DNA of 64,000 nucleotides from an uncultured Poribacteria bacterium (GCA_958295855.1 OY282383.1:252481-316480); one strand, 5' to 3'. Positions 1 through 10,105 are shown, numbered from the stretch's first letter. Notes: generated by a model not told the origin, from the letters alone. Made by a program: numbers and translations.

Positions 1-278
1 ATGACGAGACGCACGCGGTTGTGTTGATTGGTGAAATCGGAGGCACAGCTGAAGAGACAGCAGCGCAGTTCGTGAAGCACAACATGACGAAGCCCGTTGT
101 CGGCTTTATCGCAGGGCAGACTGCACCACCCGGAAAACGGATGGGACACGCAGGCGCGATTATTTCCGGCGGCAAAGGGACTGCTGCCGATAAAATTGCG
201 GCACTCAACCAGGCAGGTGTCGTTGTGGCTGAAAGCATCGCGACGATTGGGCATACCGTCGCACAAGCATTGTCCTAA
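1..278 (+). CDS. sucD: succinyl-CoA synthetase alpha subunit, C-terminal part (5' end outside window)
   Basis: Translation ...[41 protein letters not shown]... matches the conserved SucD C-terminus. The ORF runs in from the window edge and stops at 276-278. Confidence 0.8.
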   Translation, partial: DETHAVVLIGEIGGTAEETAAQFVKHNMTKPVVGFIAGQTAPPGKRMGHAGAIISGGKGTAADKIAALNQAGVVVAESIATIGHTVAQALS

Positions 279-295
279 TTTAACTTTTTAATAAT

Positions 296-378
296 TCGGT
301 TTCTGCTCCGATTTTTCCGCATGAGGTATTTACCCCTGCAAAGCAGGGGCGGATACCCGGTTCAAAATCGGGTTTCCG
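296..378. repeat. ~85-bp repeat element (family E: ttcggtttctgctccgatttttccgcatgaggtatttacccctgcaaagcaggggcggatacccggttcaaaatcgggtttc)
   Basis: Near-identical copies at 1600-1690, 63140-63230 and 63290-63370. Partial copies at 36415-36530 and 47685-47770. It contains the cccctgcaaagcagggg hairpin. Confidence 0.85.
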
Positions 379-428
379 GCAAGTTTGTAGCATCTTCCCC
401 CCTAATTAAGGGTATAAAGACTTGCATC

Positions 429-576
429 AGGAATCTCCAACGAGATCTACCACAACGTCACAACTACAACCGAAACCATTAGAACTAGGCAACAACAAAA
501 AATCAGAAACCTCCGACGAGATCTGCCACAACGTCACAACTACAGCAGAAACCATTGGAACTAAGCAATAATAAAA
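429..576. repeat. two tandem copies of repeat family A (ctccgacgagatctaccacaacgtcacaactacagcagaaaccattggaactaggcaataacaaaaaatcagaaac)
   Basis: Same ~70-bp unit recurs at 4330-4410, 7805-7900, 14530-14600, 14690-14760 and, in frame, inside trpE (3575-3700) and the 7908 ORF (8585-8650). Confidence 0.85.
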
Positions 577-1421
577 ATTGGAAAAAACCCGTGAAGAAAG
601 ACATCGGTTTCTTGCTCTCAAAGAAACAACGACATGAACCCATCACCGTGCTGACCTGCTACGATTATCCTACTGCGCGCTTGCAAGACAAGGCCGGGAT
701 TGACATCGTCTTTGTCGGCGATAGCGTCGGCACGAATGTGCTTGGCTATAAGAGCGAGGCAGAGGTGACAATGGCGGATATGCTGCATCACCTGAAAGCA
801 GTGCGCCGCGGCGTGACAGATGCTTACCTCCTCGTTGACATGCCTTACGCCGCCGATCGGCATGTCAAACAGGCACTCGCAAACGCCAACCTCTTCTTAT
901 CGCACGGGGCAGATGGCGTTAAATTAGAGGGCGGCGTTGAAAAAGTGCCGATTATCAACGCCTTAACCGAACAAGGCATAGAGACATGCGCCCACATCGG
1001 GCACACTCCGCAAATCCACGGTACAAAAGCCATCACCCATGGAAAAACAGTTGCGAAAGCGAAAGCACTCATCGAAACAGCATCAACACTCGCAGACGCT
1101 GGGGCGAAACTCATCGTCCTCGAGAAAATTACCGAAGAGGTGAGCCAGCTCATCACTCGCACTGCGCCCATCCCAACTATCGGTATTGGGGCAGGGCGAT
1201 TCTGCGACGGGCAAGTCCTCGTTATTAATGATATATTAGGTATAGGCCCCCCTTTCAAACATGCCAAACGTTATCAGGATTACAACCACCTGACCTTTGA
1301 GGCAATATCCCGGTATAAGCGGGAGGTTGAACTCGGCAGTTTTCCAACGGATGCCAACGTCACGCACATCCCTTCAGACAAGCTGGCACGGGTGCAGAAG
1401 TGGTTCAAATCGAATTTTTAA
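555..1421 (+). CDS. panB: 3-methyl-2-oxobutanoate hydroxymethyltransferase (ketopantoate hydroxymethyltransferase)
   Basis: Translation ...ITVLTCYDYPTARLQDKAGIDIVFVGDSVGTNVLGYKSEAEVTMADMLHHLKAVRRG... is the typical PanB core. The annotated start at 555 is a TTG inside a repeat copy, so the true start is uncertain (possibly the GTG near 592). Confidence 0.85.
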   Translation: MELSNNKNWKKPVKKDIGFLLSKKQRHEPITVLTCYDYPTARLQDKAGIDIVFVGDSVGTNVLGYKSEAEVTMADMLHHLKAVRRGVTDAYLLVDMPYAADRHVKQALANANLFLSHGADGVKLEGGVEKVPIINALTEQGIETCAHIGHTPQIHGTKAITHGKTVAKAKALIETASTLADAGAKLIVLEKITEEVSQLITRTAPIPTIGIGAGRFCDGQVLVINDILGIGPPFKHAKRYQDYNHLTFEAISRYKREVELGSFPTDANVTHIPSDKLARVQKWFKSNF

Positions 1422-1439
1422 CAATTCCCTCTTTCATCA

Positions 1440-2110
1440 ATTCGGTCTTTCATCAATTCAGTTTCAAGGGTAGGCACAAGGCACTACCCCTACGGATTTT
1501 TCCGTAAGAGTTGCAATCCCCAAGGAACCGGGCGGGAGGGAAGCAAAGCGTGGGAAGAAGCTGCTCAAAATCGGTCTTTCATCAATTCGGTTTCAAGGGT
1601 AGGCACAAGGCACTACCCCTACGGATTTTTCCGCATGAGGTATTTACCCCTGCAAAGCAGGGGCGGATACCCGGTTCAAAATCGGGTTTCGTAATGAGTT
1701 CTAGAGCACTCCCTGCTAATTAAGCCTTCAAAACCGAAAAACACTTGCAGCAAAAACCTCCGACGAGAGCTACTCTGTAGGGGCAGTGCCTTGTGCCTGC
1801 CCGTCAGAACAATCCTGACGTTTGCCACTATTTTCAATAGTGGTTAAACTTCCTGATTGCTCTGCAAGGAAAGACAAAAAAAGTTGCATAAGAAACCTCC
1901 GACGAGATCTACTCTGTAGGGGCAGTGCCTTGTGCCTGCCCGTCAGAACTATCCTGCCAATGGTATTTGCCCCTGCTTTGCAGGGGTTTCATACCAATGC
2001 TGATTGCTCTGCAAGGAAAGACAAAAAAAGTTGCATAAGAAACCTCCGACGAGATCTACAGTGCATTGTCAGAACCATCACGCAACCTGATTACTCCGCA
2101 AGGAATGACA
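1440..2110. repeat. composite repeat block (families E, D = gtaggggcagtgccttgtgcctgccc, A, B hairpins and MITE TIR tccgcaaggaatgac)
   Basis: Seen in sequence: 1455-1492 and 1590-1625 match family D. 1570-1690 is a family E copy. 1745-1810, 1895-1990 and 2035-2100 repeat the ctccgacgag.../gcccctgctttgcagggg modules. Confidence 0.8.
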
Positions 2111-2663
2111 GAAAGTTTGCCAATAAATCCTTTCCAGCAGCCGTCAAAATAGACTCCGGATGAAACTGCACACCCCAGACAGGCAAAGTCTTATGCCGAA
2201 TCCCCATGATTTCATCCCGGTCTGTCCACGCCGTGATCTTCAGACACGCCGGCAACGTCTCCCCCTTCACAATCAACGAGTGATACCGCGTCGCCTCAAA
2301 CGGGTTATCCAAGCCTTCGAAGAGCTCTGCGCCATCGTGGATTATCATGGACGTTTTACCATGCATTAACCGGTCTGCCCTGACTACCTCGCCGCCGAAA
2401 ACATCCCCGATGCACTGATGTCCAAGGCATACGCCTAAAATTGGCACCTTTCCAGCAAAGTGCCGGATGACATCGTTGGAGATGCCCGCTTCTCGCGGCG
2501 AGCAAGGCCCTGGCGAAATGACAATCCGTTCTGGAGCAAGTGCCTCCAGTGCATCTAGCGAGACTTTTCTGCTCCGATGCACCGCCAATTCGGCACCGAG
2601 TTCGCCCAGATACTGCACGAGGTTGTAAGTAAATGAGTCATAGTTGTCAATTATTAAAACCAT
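2091..2663 (-). CDS. trpG: anthranilate/aminodeoxychorismate synthase glutamine amidotransferase component
   Basis: [23 protein letters not shown]...[12 protein letters not shown]...FHPES is the class I glutamine amidotransferase signature. The C-terminal tail ...FLSFLAE is encoded by a MITE terminal inverted repeat. Confidence 0.8.
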   Translation of the reverse strand: MVLIIDNYDSFTYNLVQYLGELGAELAVHRSRKVSLDALEALAPERIVISPGPCSPREAGISNDVIRHFAGKVPILGVCLGHQCIGDVFGGEVVRADRLMHGKTSMIIHDGAELFEGLDNPFEATRYHSLIVKGETLPACLKITAWTDRDEIMGIRHKTLPVWGVQFHPESILTAAGKDLLANFLSFLAE

Positions 2664-2724
2664 TGTTTACCACCATAAGTGTTGCCACTGGCATATTGCC
2701 CCTGCAAGCAGGGGTGAATGTCAT

Positions 2725-4320
2725 CTACGCCCTTAAGAGCCCTTGTTCTGCCATCTCAATGGCACTGAGCAACGCCCGCGCCTTGTTCATCGTTTCGTAA
2801 TACTCGGTTTCGGGAACGGAATCCGCGACGATGCCGCCGCCCGCTTGTACGTAAGCAACGCTGTCCTTGATGACTGCAGTGCGGATAGTAATCGCCGTGT
2901 CAGCACTTCCTGAAAAACTGAAGTACCCCACTACACCGCCGTAGGGACCCCTGCGTGTCGGCTCCAGTTCGTCAATGATTTCCATGGCACGTATCTTTGG
3001 AGCACCGGATAGCGTCCCCGCCGGGAGGCACGCACGAATCACATCGAAAGCGGTGAGATTCTCGCGCAACCTCCCGATAACATGCGAGACAATGTGCATC
3101 ACGTGTGAGAAGCGTTCGACTATCATAAAATCAGTCACTTCAACGGTGTGATATTCACATACCCGCCCGAGATCGTTACGCCCTAAATCGACGAGCATGA
3201 CGTGCTCGGCGCGCTCCTTCGGATCGGCCAGCAGTGTCTGTTCCAATTCGACATCTTCTTCCGCTGTTTTGCCACGCGGCAGGGTGCCTGCAATCGGGCG
3301 TGTTTGGACAAGCCCATCTTCTACCCGCACCATCATCTCTGGCGATGCCCCTACAATGTCAAAACTATCAAACTTCAGGTAATACATATAGGGCGATGGA
3401 TTCACCACCCGCAACGCCCGATAGACATCAAACGAATCCACGGATACCGGACAACTGAACCGTTGCGAAGGCACAACCTGTATGATGTCGCCTGCGGCTA
3501 TGTATTTCTGGGCGCGCAGCACCGCCTCTTCGTAAGCAGCCTTCGTAAAATTCGATCTTTTGTCCTTGCCTAGCTCCAGCGGTTTCTGCTGTAGTTGTGA
3601 CGCAGGGGAAGATCTCGTCGGAGGTTCCTGAGGCCCCGCCTTTGCAGGTAGGCCCCGCGGCACGGTTTCCCCTACATCCGGGCAACCTAACGCTCCTACT
3701 GGAGGAGATTTGAGCTTCTCAACCACTGATTCAATGGTTGCAATCGCATCGGCGTAAGCCGCATCCACATCTCCATCAATGTGAGCGTTCGCCACAACCT
3801 TAATCTGATGATTGACATGGTCAAACACCAAAAGCGTCTCCACAATCATGAAGAAACAATCCGGAATTTGCAGTTCATCTACTGTGTTATCCGGGAGTTC
3901 CTCAACAAAGCGCGCCATGTCATAACTCATATAGCCCACCGCCCCGCCGTGGAACTGTGGTAACCCTTCGACTTTAACGGGCTGGTAATTCTGCATCACC
4001 CCTTCAAGGGCTTGCAACGGATCGTCGCACACCTGTGATACTGTTTCACCTTTCGACAGATACTCGATCGTCACCTGATGCCCCTTGCTATGGAAAAGCA
4101 CAGACGGTTGACTCCCCAAAAATGAATAGCGTGCAACCGTTTCGCCGCCTTCAACGCTCTCCAATAAAAACGCAAAGGCATCGGGCATCAATTTGTAAAA
4201 TGCGGACACCGGTGTCTCCATATCTGCCAAAATGGGCCGATAAACCGGTATCGTGTTTCCTGATTTCGCTTTTTCGCGAAATTCCTTCAGTGTCGGATAA
4301 TACATCAATAACTCCCACAT
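2725..4320 (-). CDS. trpE: anthranilate synthase component I with in-frame repeat-derived insertion
   Basis: Chorismate-binding enzyme motifs (LLESVEGGETVARYSFLG, PSPYMYYL, GAPK..RAMEII, GYFSFSG). Residues ~KLKSPPVGALGCPDVGETVPRGLPAKAGPQEPPTRSSPASQLQQKPLELGKDKRS are encoded by a family A repeat plus a hairpin (plus-strand 3575-3700). Confidence 0.85.
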   Translation of the reverse strand: MWELLMYYPTLKEFREKAKSGNTIPVYRPILADMETPVSAFYKLMPDAFAFLLESVEGGETVARYSFLGSQPSVLFHSKGHQVTIEYLSKGETVSQVCDDPLQALEGVMQNYQPVKVEGLPQFHGGAVGYMSYDMARFVEELPDNTVDELQIPDCFFMIVETLLVFDHVNHQIKVVANAHIDGDVDAAYADAIATIESVVEKLKSPPVGALGCPDVGETVPRGLPAKAGPQEPPTRSSPASQLQQKPLELGKDKRSNFTKAAYEEAVLRAQKYIAAGDIIQVVPSQRFSCPVSVDSFDVYRALRVVNPSPYMYYLKFDSFDIVGASPEMMVRVEDGLVQTRPIAGTLPRGKTAEEDVELEQTLLADPKERAEHVMLVDLGRNDLGRVCEYHTVEVTDFMIVERFSHVMHIVSHVIGRLRENLTAFDVIRACLPAGTLSGAPKIRAMEIIDELEPTRRGPYGGVVGYFSFSGSADTAITIRTAVIKDSVAYVQAGGGIVADSVPETEYYETMNKARALLSAIEMAEQGLLRA

Positions 4321-4562
4321 GTAGAAAACTTACATCAAAAATCTCCGACGAGATCTACCACAACGTCACAACTACAGCAGAAACCGCCGGAACTAGGCAA
4401 TAACAAAAAATCAGAAACCTCCGACGAGATCTACAGTGCATCGTCAGAACTATCCTGCCAATGGTATTTGCCCCTGCTTTGCAGGGGTTTCATACCAAGT
4501 TGTGAATTTTAATGAACAACTTTTTTATTTCTTACTTATGCTGATTACTCCGCAAGGAATGA
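4321..4562. repeat. composite MITE-like element (family A module, gcccctgctttgcagggg hairpin, TIR ctccgcaaggaatgac)
   Basis: Same module order is seen at 35040-35345, 47800-47950 and 54465-54700. Confidence 0.8.
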
Positions 4563-4916
4563 CAAAGAACCTACAACACGCGTTGACTCTCCATCGGGGG
4601 AGACTTCCCGAAAAAAGCAGGAACGATAGCCGGTATGACACGCTGCTACCTTCTGCTCAACCTTTATGAGCAGGGCATCGCCATCACAATCTACTGCGAT
4701 AGATTTGACTGTCTGTGTATGCCCTGAAGTCTCCCCCTTTCTCCACAATTTCTGTCGGGAGCGGCTCCAGAAGCAGACACGGCCTGTAGCCAAGGTCTCT
4801 TTTATCGCTTCCGGGTTCATATATCCAAGCATCAGCACTTCATTGTTTGTGACATCCTGAATTATCGCCGCGACCAGCCCATCGCGGTCGTATTTAAGTT
4901 CAGATAAAATTTGCAT
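4545..4916 (-). CDS. hisI: phosphoribosyl-AMP cyclohydrolase
   Basis: ...[50 protein letters not shown]...DCDGDALL... is the HisI signature. The C-terminal LSFLAE tail comes from a MITE TIR. Confidence 0.8.
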   Translation of the reverse strand: MQILSELKYDRDGLVAAIIQDVTNNEVLMLGYMNPEAIKETLATGRVCFWSRSRQKLWRKGETSGHTQTVKSIAVDCDGDALLIKVEQKVAACHTGYRSCFFREVSPDGESTRVVGSLSFLAE

Positions 4917-4929
4917 TCAGATTTCCCTC

Positions 4930-5040
4930 CCTAAAGTAGTAGGCCCGCTCCGCGTGCCGTACACACCTAAAGTAGTAGGCCCGCTCCGCGTGCCGTACAC
5001 ACCTAAAGTCGTAGTACGCTCCGCGTGCCGTACACACACA
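4930..5040. repeat. three tandem copies of family C palindromic repeat (aaagtagtaggcccgctccgcgtgccgtacacacct)
   Basis: Period ~35 bp with no unique spacers. Other copies at 5812-5848, 7665-7698, 9573-9600, 9976-10040 and 27785-27815. Variants lie inside murD. Confidence 0.85.
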
Positions 5041-5629
5041 ATGGTAAAAAATAAAAAAACCTTATGCCACCGGGATTTGTGTGCATAAGGCTTAAAGATA
5101 ACATCAAAAACAGTCCAGACCCAATTTCGTTTAAGGATATTACCCCTGCAAAGCAGGGGAAAATACAATTAGCGCGCACACTCCCCCTCGATGGAATTGG
5201 AGCACCGCCAATGCCAATCGCGTCCGTTTCTATTCAAACTGGCATGTGAAAAGAAAAACATAAAAACACTCCGACGAGATCTACAACGCAGTTAAGACTA
5301 CATAACGCAGTCAACGCACTAGGCATAGACAAAAACTCTTTTCTGCGCTTGTGTCAAGATTATAAGTTAATGATACCCTATTTTTCCTGCTGTGTCAAAT
5401 TTTTTTGATTTTTCATCAATTCAGTTTTGCGGCGTAATGGTATCAGCCCCTGCAAAGCAGGGGCAACATGCCAGCGTCAAAATCGGGTTTCTTATTAGTT
5501 CTAGAGTACTCCCTGCTAATTAAGCGTATAAACACTTGCAGCAAAAACCTCCGACGAGATCTACAGAGCATCGTCAGAACTATCCTGCATTCTCAATTCT
5601 CCGCAAGGAATGACGAAAAACAAAAAAAC

Positions 5630-5658
5630 TTGCAAAAGGCGCAGCAATATGGTATTAT
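5630..5658 (+). promoter_or_regulatory. sigma70-like promoter (ttgcaa-17 nt-tattat)
   Basis: -35 ttgcaa at 5630-5635, 17-nt spacer, -10 tattat at 5653-5658. It lies ~40 bp upstream of the riboswitch. Confidence 0.4.
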
Positions 5659-5689
5659 ATAGCCATAACAATTGAATAAACTAACGGTT

Positions 5690-5965
5690 CAGGTGCCGAA
5701 TGTCGGTATCTACCCCTGCAAGCAGGGGTAAATGCCCATTACGGAGAATAGGGAAGCGCGGTGAGAATCCGCCACGGCCCCGCCACTGTGAACGATCTTT
5801 TGCTCTAATGAAAAGTAGTAGGCACGCTCCGCGTGCCGTACACACAAATCGACGGGAAGATTTTGTAGAGCAAACTTTGGCTTGCAACTGGTATCTGCCC
5901 CTGCTTTGCAGGGGTTTAATGCCAATGCCCCAAAAGATCGGAAGTCAGGAGACCTGCCTGCATCG
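5690..5965 (+). promoter_or_regulatory. cobalamin (AdoCbl) riboswitch
   Basis: Core AATAGGGAAGCGCGGTGAGAATCCGCCACGGCCCCGCCACTGTGAACG at 5747-5794 matches the conserved GGUGnnAAUCC / CGCCACUGU blocks. The B12 box AGTCAGGAGACCTGCC sits at 5943-5958. The variable region between them contains a family C repeat (5812-5848) and a family B hairpin (5893-5920). Confidence 0.75.
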
Positions 5966-6364
5966 TGTTTCACGCATCTGCTTTCGCGGGAAAGCAGTGG
6001 AACTGCGCGCAGCAGTATCCTGTCAAATGTAGGAAGGGCGAAGTTAGTCACGCATTGGAAATGCGTGCTGAAGTTCTCCCCGATAGAAAGCATAGAGTCT
6101 GCAGGATCCGCCTCATAATCTGTGTCGCCTTGTCCCCTGTCTTTTCTATTATGAAAGCAGGGGTTTCTTGTTTCATAGGGCATTCACCCCTGCTCGCAGG
6201 GGCAATTGCCAGAAGGAGGATTTCGGCGAAGAAGGTTTAGTCACGCATTTTTAATGCATGCTGAAGTTCGTAGCCGAAATTTACTATTAAAAAGTATGAA
6301 CAGATTTTTTTTCACTTGGCGGCATTTCTCAAAGGCATTCACCCCTGCTCGCAGGGGAAACCAT

Positions 6365-7666
6365 ATGCCAGTGTCGAAATCTTACAGACCGCGCTCGCTC
6401 CTACGATTATGCGCGATGCTCTTCACGTTCCTGGTTAGTTCCGCACTTGCACAAACAGAGATAAGCAGTTACCCCGCAAAGCGGGGAAACATACAAAAGC
6501 AAAACATCGCCGTTATCATCAATGCACTGGATAATGACGACTTAAACATCACCACTACACTTTCAATTATCGATCTCGATGAACCCAATGAGAAACGAGC
6601 TGTTGACGGTGAGATACTCCCTATCGGTGATGTACCAAGTGGGCTCCTCATTCACGGGCATCTTGCCTATATCTCCCGTTTCGAGTGGAGTTCGGTGCCT
6701 CGCGGCAGCATCTTAATTGTCAACTTGGAACGGCGAGAGATTATTGGCGAAATTCCGATCGGATACGGGGCTTACCCACAAAGCCTCGCGCTTGTTAATC
6801 CAAACAAAATGTACGTCACATGCGATAACGTCCATCAGGTACAGGTCATTGACATCCCCAACCGCAATGTGACGAAGATTATTACGCATCCTTCCTTCAA
6901 CAAAACGACCGGCATCACGCTGCTCAACGGAAAGGCATACGTCACCAATTCAGCTTGGGAGTGGGATGCGGAAGCGGGCAAATCTATTTATCATGAGAGT
7001 AGCGTCACGGTGATTGATACCGAGTCAGACACCGTCTTGAAGTCTATTCCAATGCCCATCAATGCAGGTGGCATCCTCAACGACGGCGAATCCACAGTGA
7101 TTGTAAAAACAACTGGCGATTCTAATCTGATTTCTGGGAATCTTGTCCTAATTGACGCGACTACCGATGAAATTGTCAAAACCGTTGCACTCAAGGTGAC
7201 TCCAGGAGCCTTTGCAATCAATTCACACAAACAATTGTTTATTCAGGGAGGATGGCAGAACCCCGGTCTACTTATCTACAACGTGCCGACGCAAAAGTGG
7301 ATTCGAGACAAAAATGACGCACTTGTCGATGTCGGCGGCGGGGCCGGGATGACTTTCGCACCGGACGGAAGCCTTTATATCACTTATCCTGACTGGACCG
7401 GGGGAGGGTTATCTCTCGTTCGTGTTCTGGGGCCAGATGGAACCCTGCGCAAAACCTATCAAGCCGGGCACGGTACCAACAATATTGCAATTGCACAGAT
7501 TGTCCCCCGTCCCGAAGATGTGAACGACGACGGGTTTATCGACCTGGCAGATCTGACAATTGCCAGTCGGTACTTAGGCACCAGCGGCGTTGGAATAATT
7601 GGGGATGTCAACGGCGATGGTATCGTTGACATCCGTGACTTGGTGCGTATTGCCCAGCATATATAG
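6365..7666 (+). CDS. secreted YVTN-type beta-propeller protein with C-terminal dockerin-like repeats
   Basis: Signal-peptide-like N-terminus MPVSKSYRPRSLLRLCAMLFTFLVSSALA. Repeated ...YVTC/YVTN... beta-propeller strands. C-terminal DVNDDGFIDLADL / DVNGDGIVDIRDL dockerin-type Ca-binding repeats. A hairpin repeat encodes SSYPAKRGNI near the N-terminus. Confidence 0.7.
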   Translation: MPVSKSYRPRSLLRLCAMLFTFLVSSALAQTEISSYPAKRGNIQKQNIAVIINALDNDDLNITTTLSIIDLDEPNEKRAVDGEILPIGDVPSGLLIHGHLAYISRFEWSSVPRGSILIVNLERREIIGEIPIGYGAYPQSLALVNPNKMYVTCDNVHQVQVIDIPNRNVTKIITHPSFNKTTGITLLNGKAYVTNSAWEWDAEAGKSIYHESSVTVIDTESDTVLKSIPMPINAGGILNDGESTVIVKTTGDSNLISGNLVLIDATTDEIVKTVALKVTPGAFAINSHKQLFIQGGWQNPGLLIYNVPTQKWIRDKNDALVDVGGGAGMTFAPDGSLYITYPDWTGGGLSLVRVLGPDGTLRKTYQAGHGTNNIAIAQIVPRPEDVNDDGFIDLADLTIASRYLGTSGVGIIGDVNGDGIVDIRDLVRIAQHI

Positions 7667-7905
7667 TAGTAGGCACGCTCCGCGTGCCGTATACAAAAGT
7701 GTAGGAGCGCGAAAAGATTTTACCCCTGCTTTGCAGGGGTAAAATACCAGTGTCACAATCTGGTTACTTTTTAGTTGTAGAGTGCTCCCTGCTAATTGCG
7801 GTTGCATGAGAAATCTCCGACGACATCTTCCACTGCGTCACAACTACAACCAAAACCATTGGAACTAGGCAATAACAAAAGATCAGAAACCTCCGACGAG
7901 AGCTA
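7665..7905. repeat. composite repeat block (families C, B, E tail, A)
   Basis: agtagtaggcacgctccgcgtgccgtatac, then ttttacccctgctttgcaggggtaaaatacc, then ...ctccctgctaattg..., then a family A copy. Confidence 0.8.
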
Positions 7906-7907
7906 CA

Positions 7908-9974
7908 ATGCCGTTAAAACTACAGAACGCAGTCAACACACTAGGCATAGACAAAAAATTGCTATTGCTCCCACTGCTTGTCGTCGCTTGCACAACGGAA
8001 ACGAAAGAGAATCCGTTGGCATGGCAGATTACCTTTTTTTCGCTCGGTGCCAAGGTACAGTTTCACAACGAACCACCGATAGCGCGGATTTCTGCCTTCA
8101 ATTCTGACAGAATGCTGGTTGCACAACTCAATTTCCCTGGACCACCCCGACAGATAGAATCGCTCTATTTTGAATGGCAGGAAGGGGAAACCTATAGATT
8201 TGAAGCGGCTTTGCACACGGGGCAAATCAGTGTTCAAACGGTGACTGCCCCGCGTGTGCATGCCCCCGGCAATTTAGAGATTGCTATCCCTTACGGTGCA
8301 GCGAGGCAAGCGACAACGGATGCAACCGCGTCAAAGGCACTCGTGGTACAAGGGAGCGAAATGACAGCCACGCTCATCGTTACAAACGGCAATGCCCCAG
8401 CTACCTTTGAGGTGGAGCTCTGCTTACCATCTACGCTCGATGTCGTCCAATTGCCGATAGAATGGCAAACCGAGACGAACGGCACCGAGACTTGTCTGTT
8501 TACCGCTGGCACCTTTCGCGTTGCATCCGAGGTCTGGTATCGTGAATTAGTTTTGAAAATTCCCCAGAATGGCTTTAAAAACTTACATCAGACGAGAGCT
8601 ACCACAACGTCACAACTACAGCAGAAACCACCCCAACTAGGCAATAACAAAAAACCAAAAATTGCAGGTATCGTCCGTTTTAAGACAGATACCGCACAAA
8701 CTTGGACGCAAAGGACAGAAGTGCAGTTGCGTTCGGCAACAGTAGCAGAAATCGCCGAGCACCTCTCCATAGAATCTATCCAAATGCCTACGGATGTAGC
8801 CGGCATCCCCCATCTGCAGCGACAAACCGATACCATCTATTACCAGCGCCCTTTGTTCCGTTGGTTAAAAATGCCCCAAACTGATGCCTTTCAACCCATA
8901 GCCTACCAGACCGTGCGGCTCCGCAATCAAGCCCAAGAAACTATCCATGTCGTCGTCTCTTCCATCAACCGAGATACGAAGAGTGGCGCAGCAGTGAGGT
9001 TTCTTGCACCGCCGGATGCCGTGAACGCCGGCACAGACCGGAGCATCAGTTTCGCCAGTTTGCCAGGCGGTGAAGTGACAGCAATTCCGCTGCCCATCTA
9101 CTTTCAGTCCCCCCATAGGAGCGATCTCCGAATCGCGACAGGCGAATACGAACGTGACATTGCAGTGAAGGTATGGGGAAGCGACGCGACAATCCTTCGC
9201 GAACAACGCCCACTCCATCTCATCGTTCCAAACCGACATGCGCTGTTTGTGAGTGGGATAGCAATCATCGCGAGCTGCATCGGGCTGATAGTGCTGCTGC
9301 CCTTTAACGAGCGAAGACACAAGCAGTTCTTCGCTCGTTTCACGACTAAACAACTCATCGTCATCGCCCTATTTGGCACAACGATCTTTGTCGTAGTTAT
9401 CGTGCCGTCAACGCTGTTTCTCAACCTCATCCGCGCCCTCCTTGGGCCCGTCTCTGTCTTGCTGACAGGCTTAATTAATGAGACGCTCTATTACGCGTTG
9501 CTGACAGCGTTGCTAATTTATATTAACGGAGCCCCCAGAGCATCCCGCATTACCAGAACCAAAGTAGTAGGCACGCTCCGCGTGCCGTACACAGCTGTCC
9601 ACAAAAGCCGGCCAACCCACGGTAAAGGGGGTGTCATCTTGCTTGTCTCCGCAGTGCGCTTACTTCTCGGCGGGGTTACGTTCGGGCTTTTCACGCCGAT
9701 GACGATTATCTATACAGGCACGAGCGTCCTCCTGCTTGAGACGGGATTTCTGCTCGTACAAAGGCGCGGTTTGCTGGCGTGGGCACTCGTGCTCGGCATC
9801 TGCGATGCAATCGCCGTCTACGTCGATTTTCAACTCTCTATCCTGTTCTACCGCCTCTTTTACGCCGATTGGTATATTATCCTCCGAATTCTGGTGGAGG
9901 GGTTTGCGTATACCTTTATCGGTGTGCTGCTCGGTGCCAGATTAGGACGCGGCCTCCGGCGCGTAGCCGATTAA
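7908..9974 (+). CDS. lipoprotein with large extracytoplasmic domain and C-terminal ~6-TM region (hypothetical)
   Basis: Lipobox-like KKLLLLPLLVVAC. Likely TTG start near 7959, because the first 17 codons are repeat-derived. C-terminal hydrophobic helices. Family A (8585-8650) and family C (9573-9600, peptide VVGTLRVPYT) repeats lie in frame. Confidence 0.55.
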   Translation: MPLKLQNAVNTLGIDKKLLLLPLLVVACTTETKENPLAWQITFFSLGAKVQFHNEPPIARISAFNSDRMLVAQLNFPGPPRQIESLYFEWQEGETYRFEAALHTGQISVQTVTAPRVHAPGNLEIAIPYGAARQATTDATASKALVVQGSEMTATLIVTNGNAPATFEVELCLPSTLDVVQLPIEWQTETNGTETCLFTAGTFRVASEVWYRELVLKIPQNGFKNLHQTRATTTSQLQQKPPQLGNNKKPKIAGIVRFKTDTAQTWTQRTEVQLRSATVAEIAEHLSIESIQMPTDVAGIPHLQRQTDTIYYQRPLFRWLKMPQTDAFQPIAYQTVRLRNQAQETIHVVVSSINRDTKSGAAVRFLAPPDAVNAGTDRSISFASLPGGEVTAIPLPIYFQSPHRSDLRIATGEYERDIAVKVWGSDATILREQRPLHLIVPNRHALFVSGIAIIASCIGLIVLLPFNERRHKQFFARFTTKQLIVIALFGTTIFVVVIVPSTLFLNLIRALLGPVSVLLTGLINETLYYALLTALLIYINGAPRASRITRTKVVGTLRVPYTAVHKSRPTHGKGGVILLVSAVRLLLGGVTFGLFTPMTIIYTGTSVLLLETGFLLVQRRGLLAWALVLGICDAIAVYVDFQLSILFYRLFYADWYIILRILVEGFAYTFIGVLLGARLGRGLRRVAD

Positions 9975-9975
9975 A

Positions 9976-10040
9976 GTAGTAGGCATGCTCCGCGTGCCGT
10001 ACACAGTTTAAAGTAGTAGGCATGCTCCGCGTGCCGTACA
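9976..10040. repeat. two tandem family C repeats
   Basis: aaagtagtaggcatgctccgcgtgccgtacacag appears twice. Confidence 0.85.
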
Positions 10041-10105
10041 CAGCATAGACCTGTCTTGCCTCCTTACTTCTCCGCAAGGAAAGGCGAAAAAGAGGAACTA
10101 TTACA

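Noticed and set aside
845-1267. 140-aa minus-strand ORF (and 618-863, 986-1228) overlapping panB
   Set aside because: Fully antisense or overlapping a well-supported panB; no recognisable domains.
4930-5040. Possible CRISPR array (tandem ~35-bp repeats)
   Set aside because: The three copies are directly adjacent with no unique spacers. The same unit is dispersed singly elsewhere and inside genes. No cas genes.
5710-6183. 157-aa minus-strand ORF and several 60-110-aa ORFs between 5468 and 6240
   Set aside because: They run through the riboswitch and repeat copies; their translations consist of repeat-derived peptides.
8865-9430. 162-aa and 108-aa minus-strand ORFs inside 7908-9974
   Set aside because: Overlapping shadow ORFs; the plus-strand gene has coherent lipoprotein/TM architecture.
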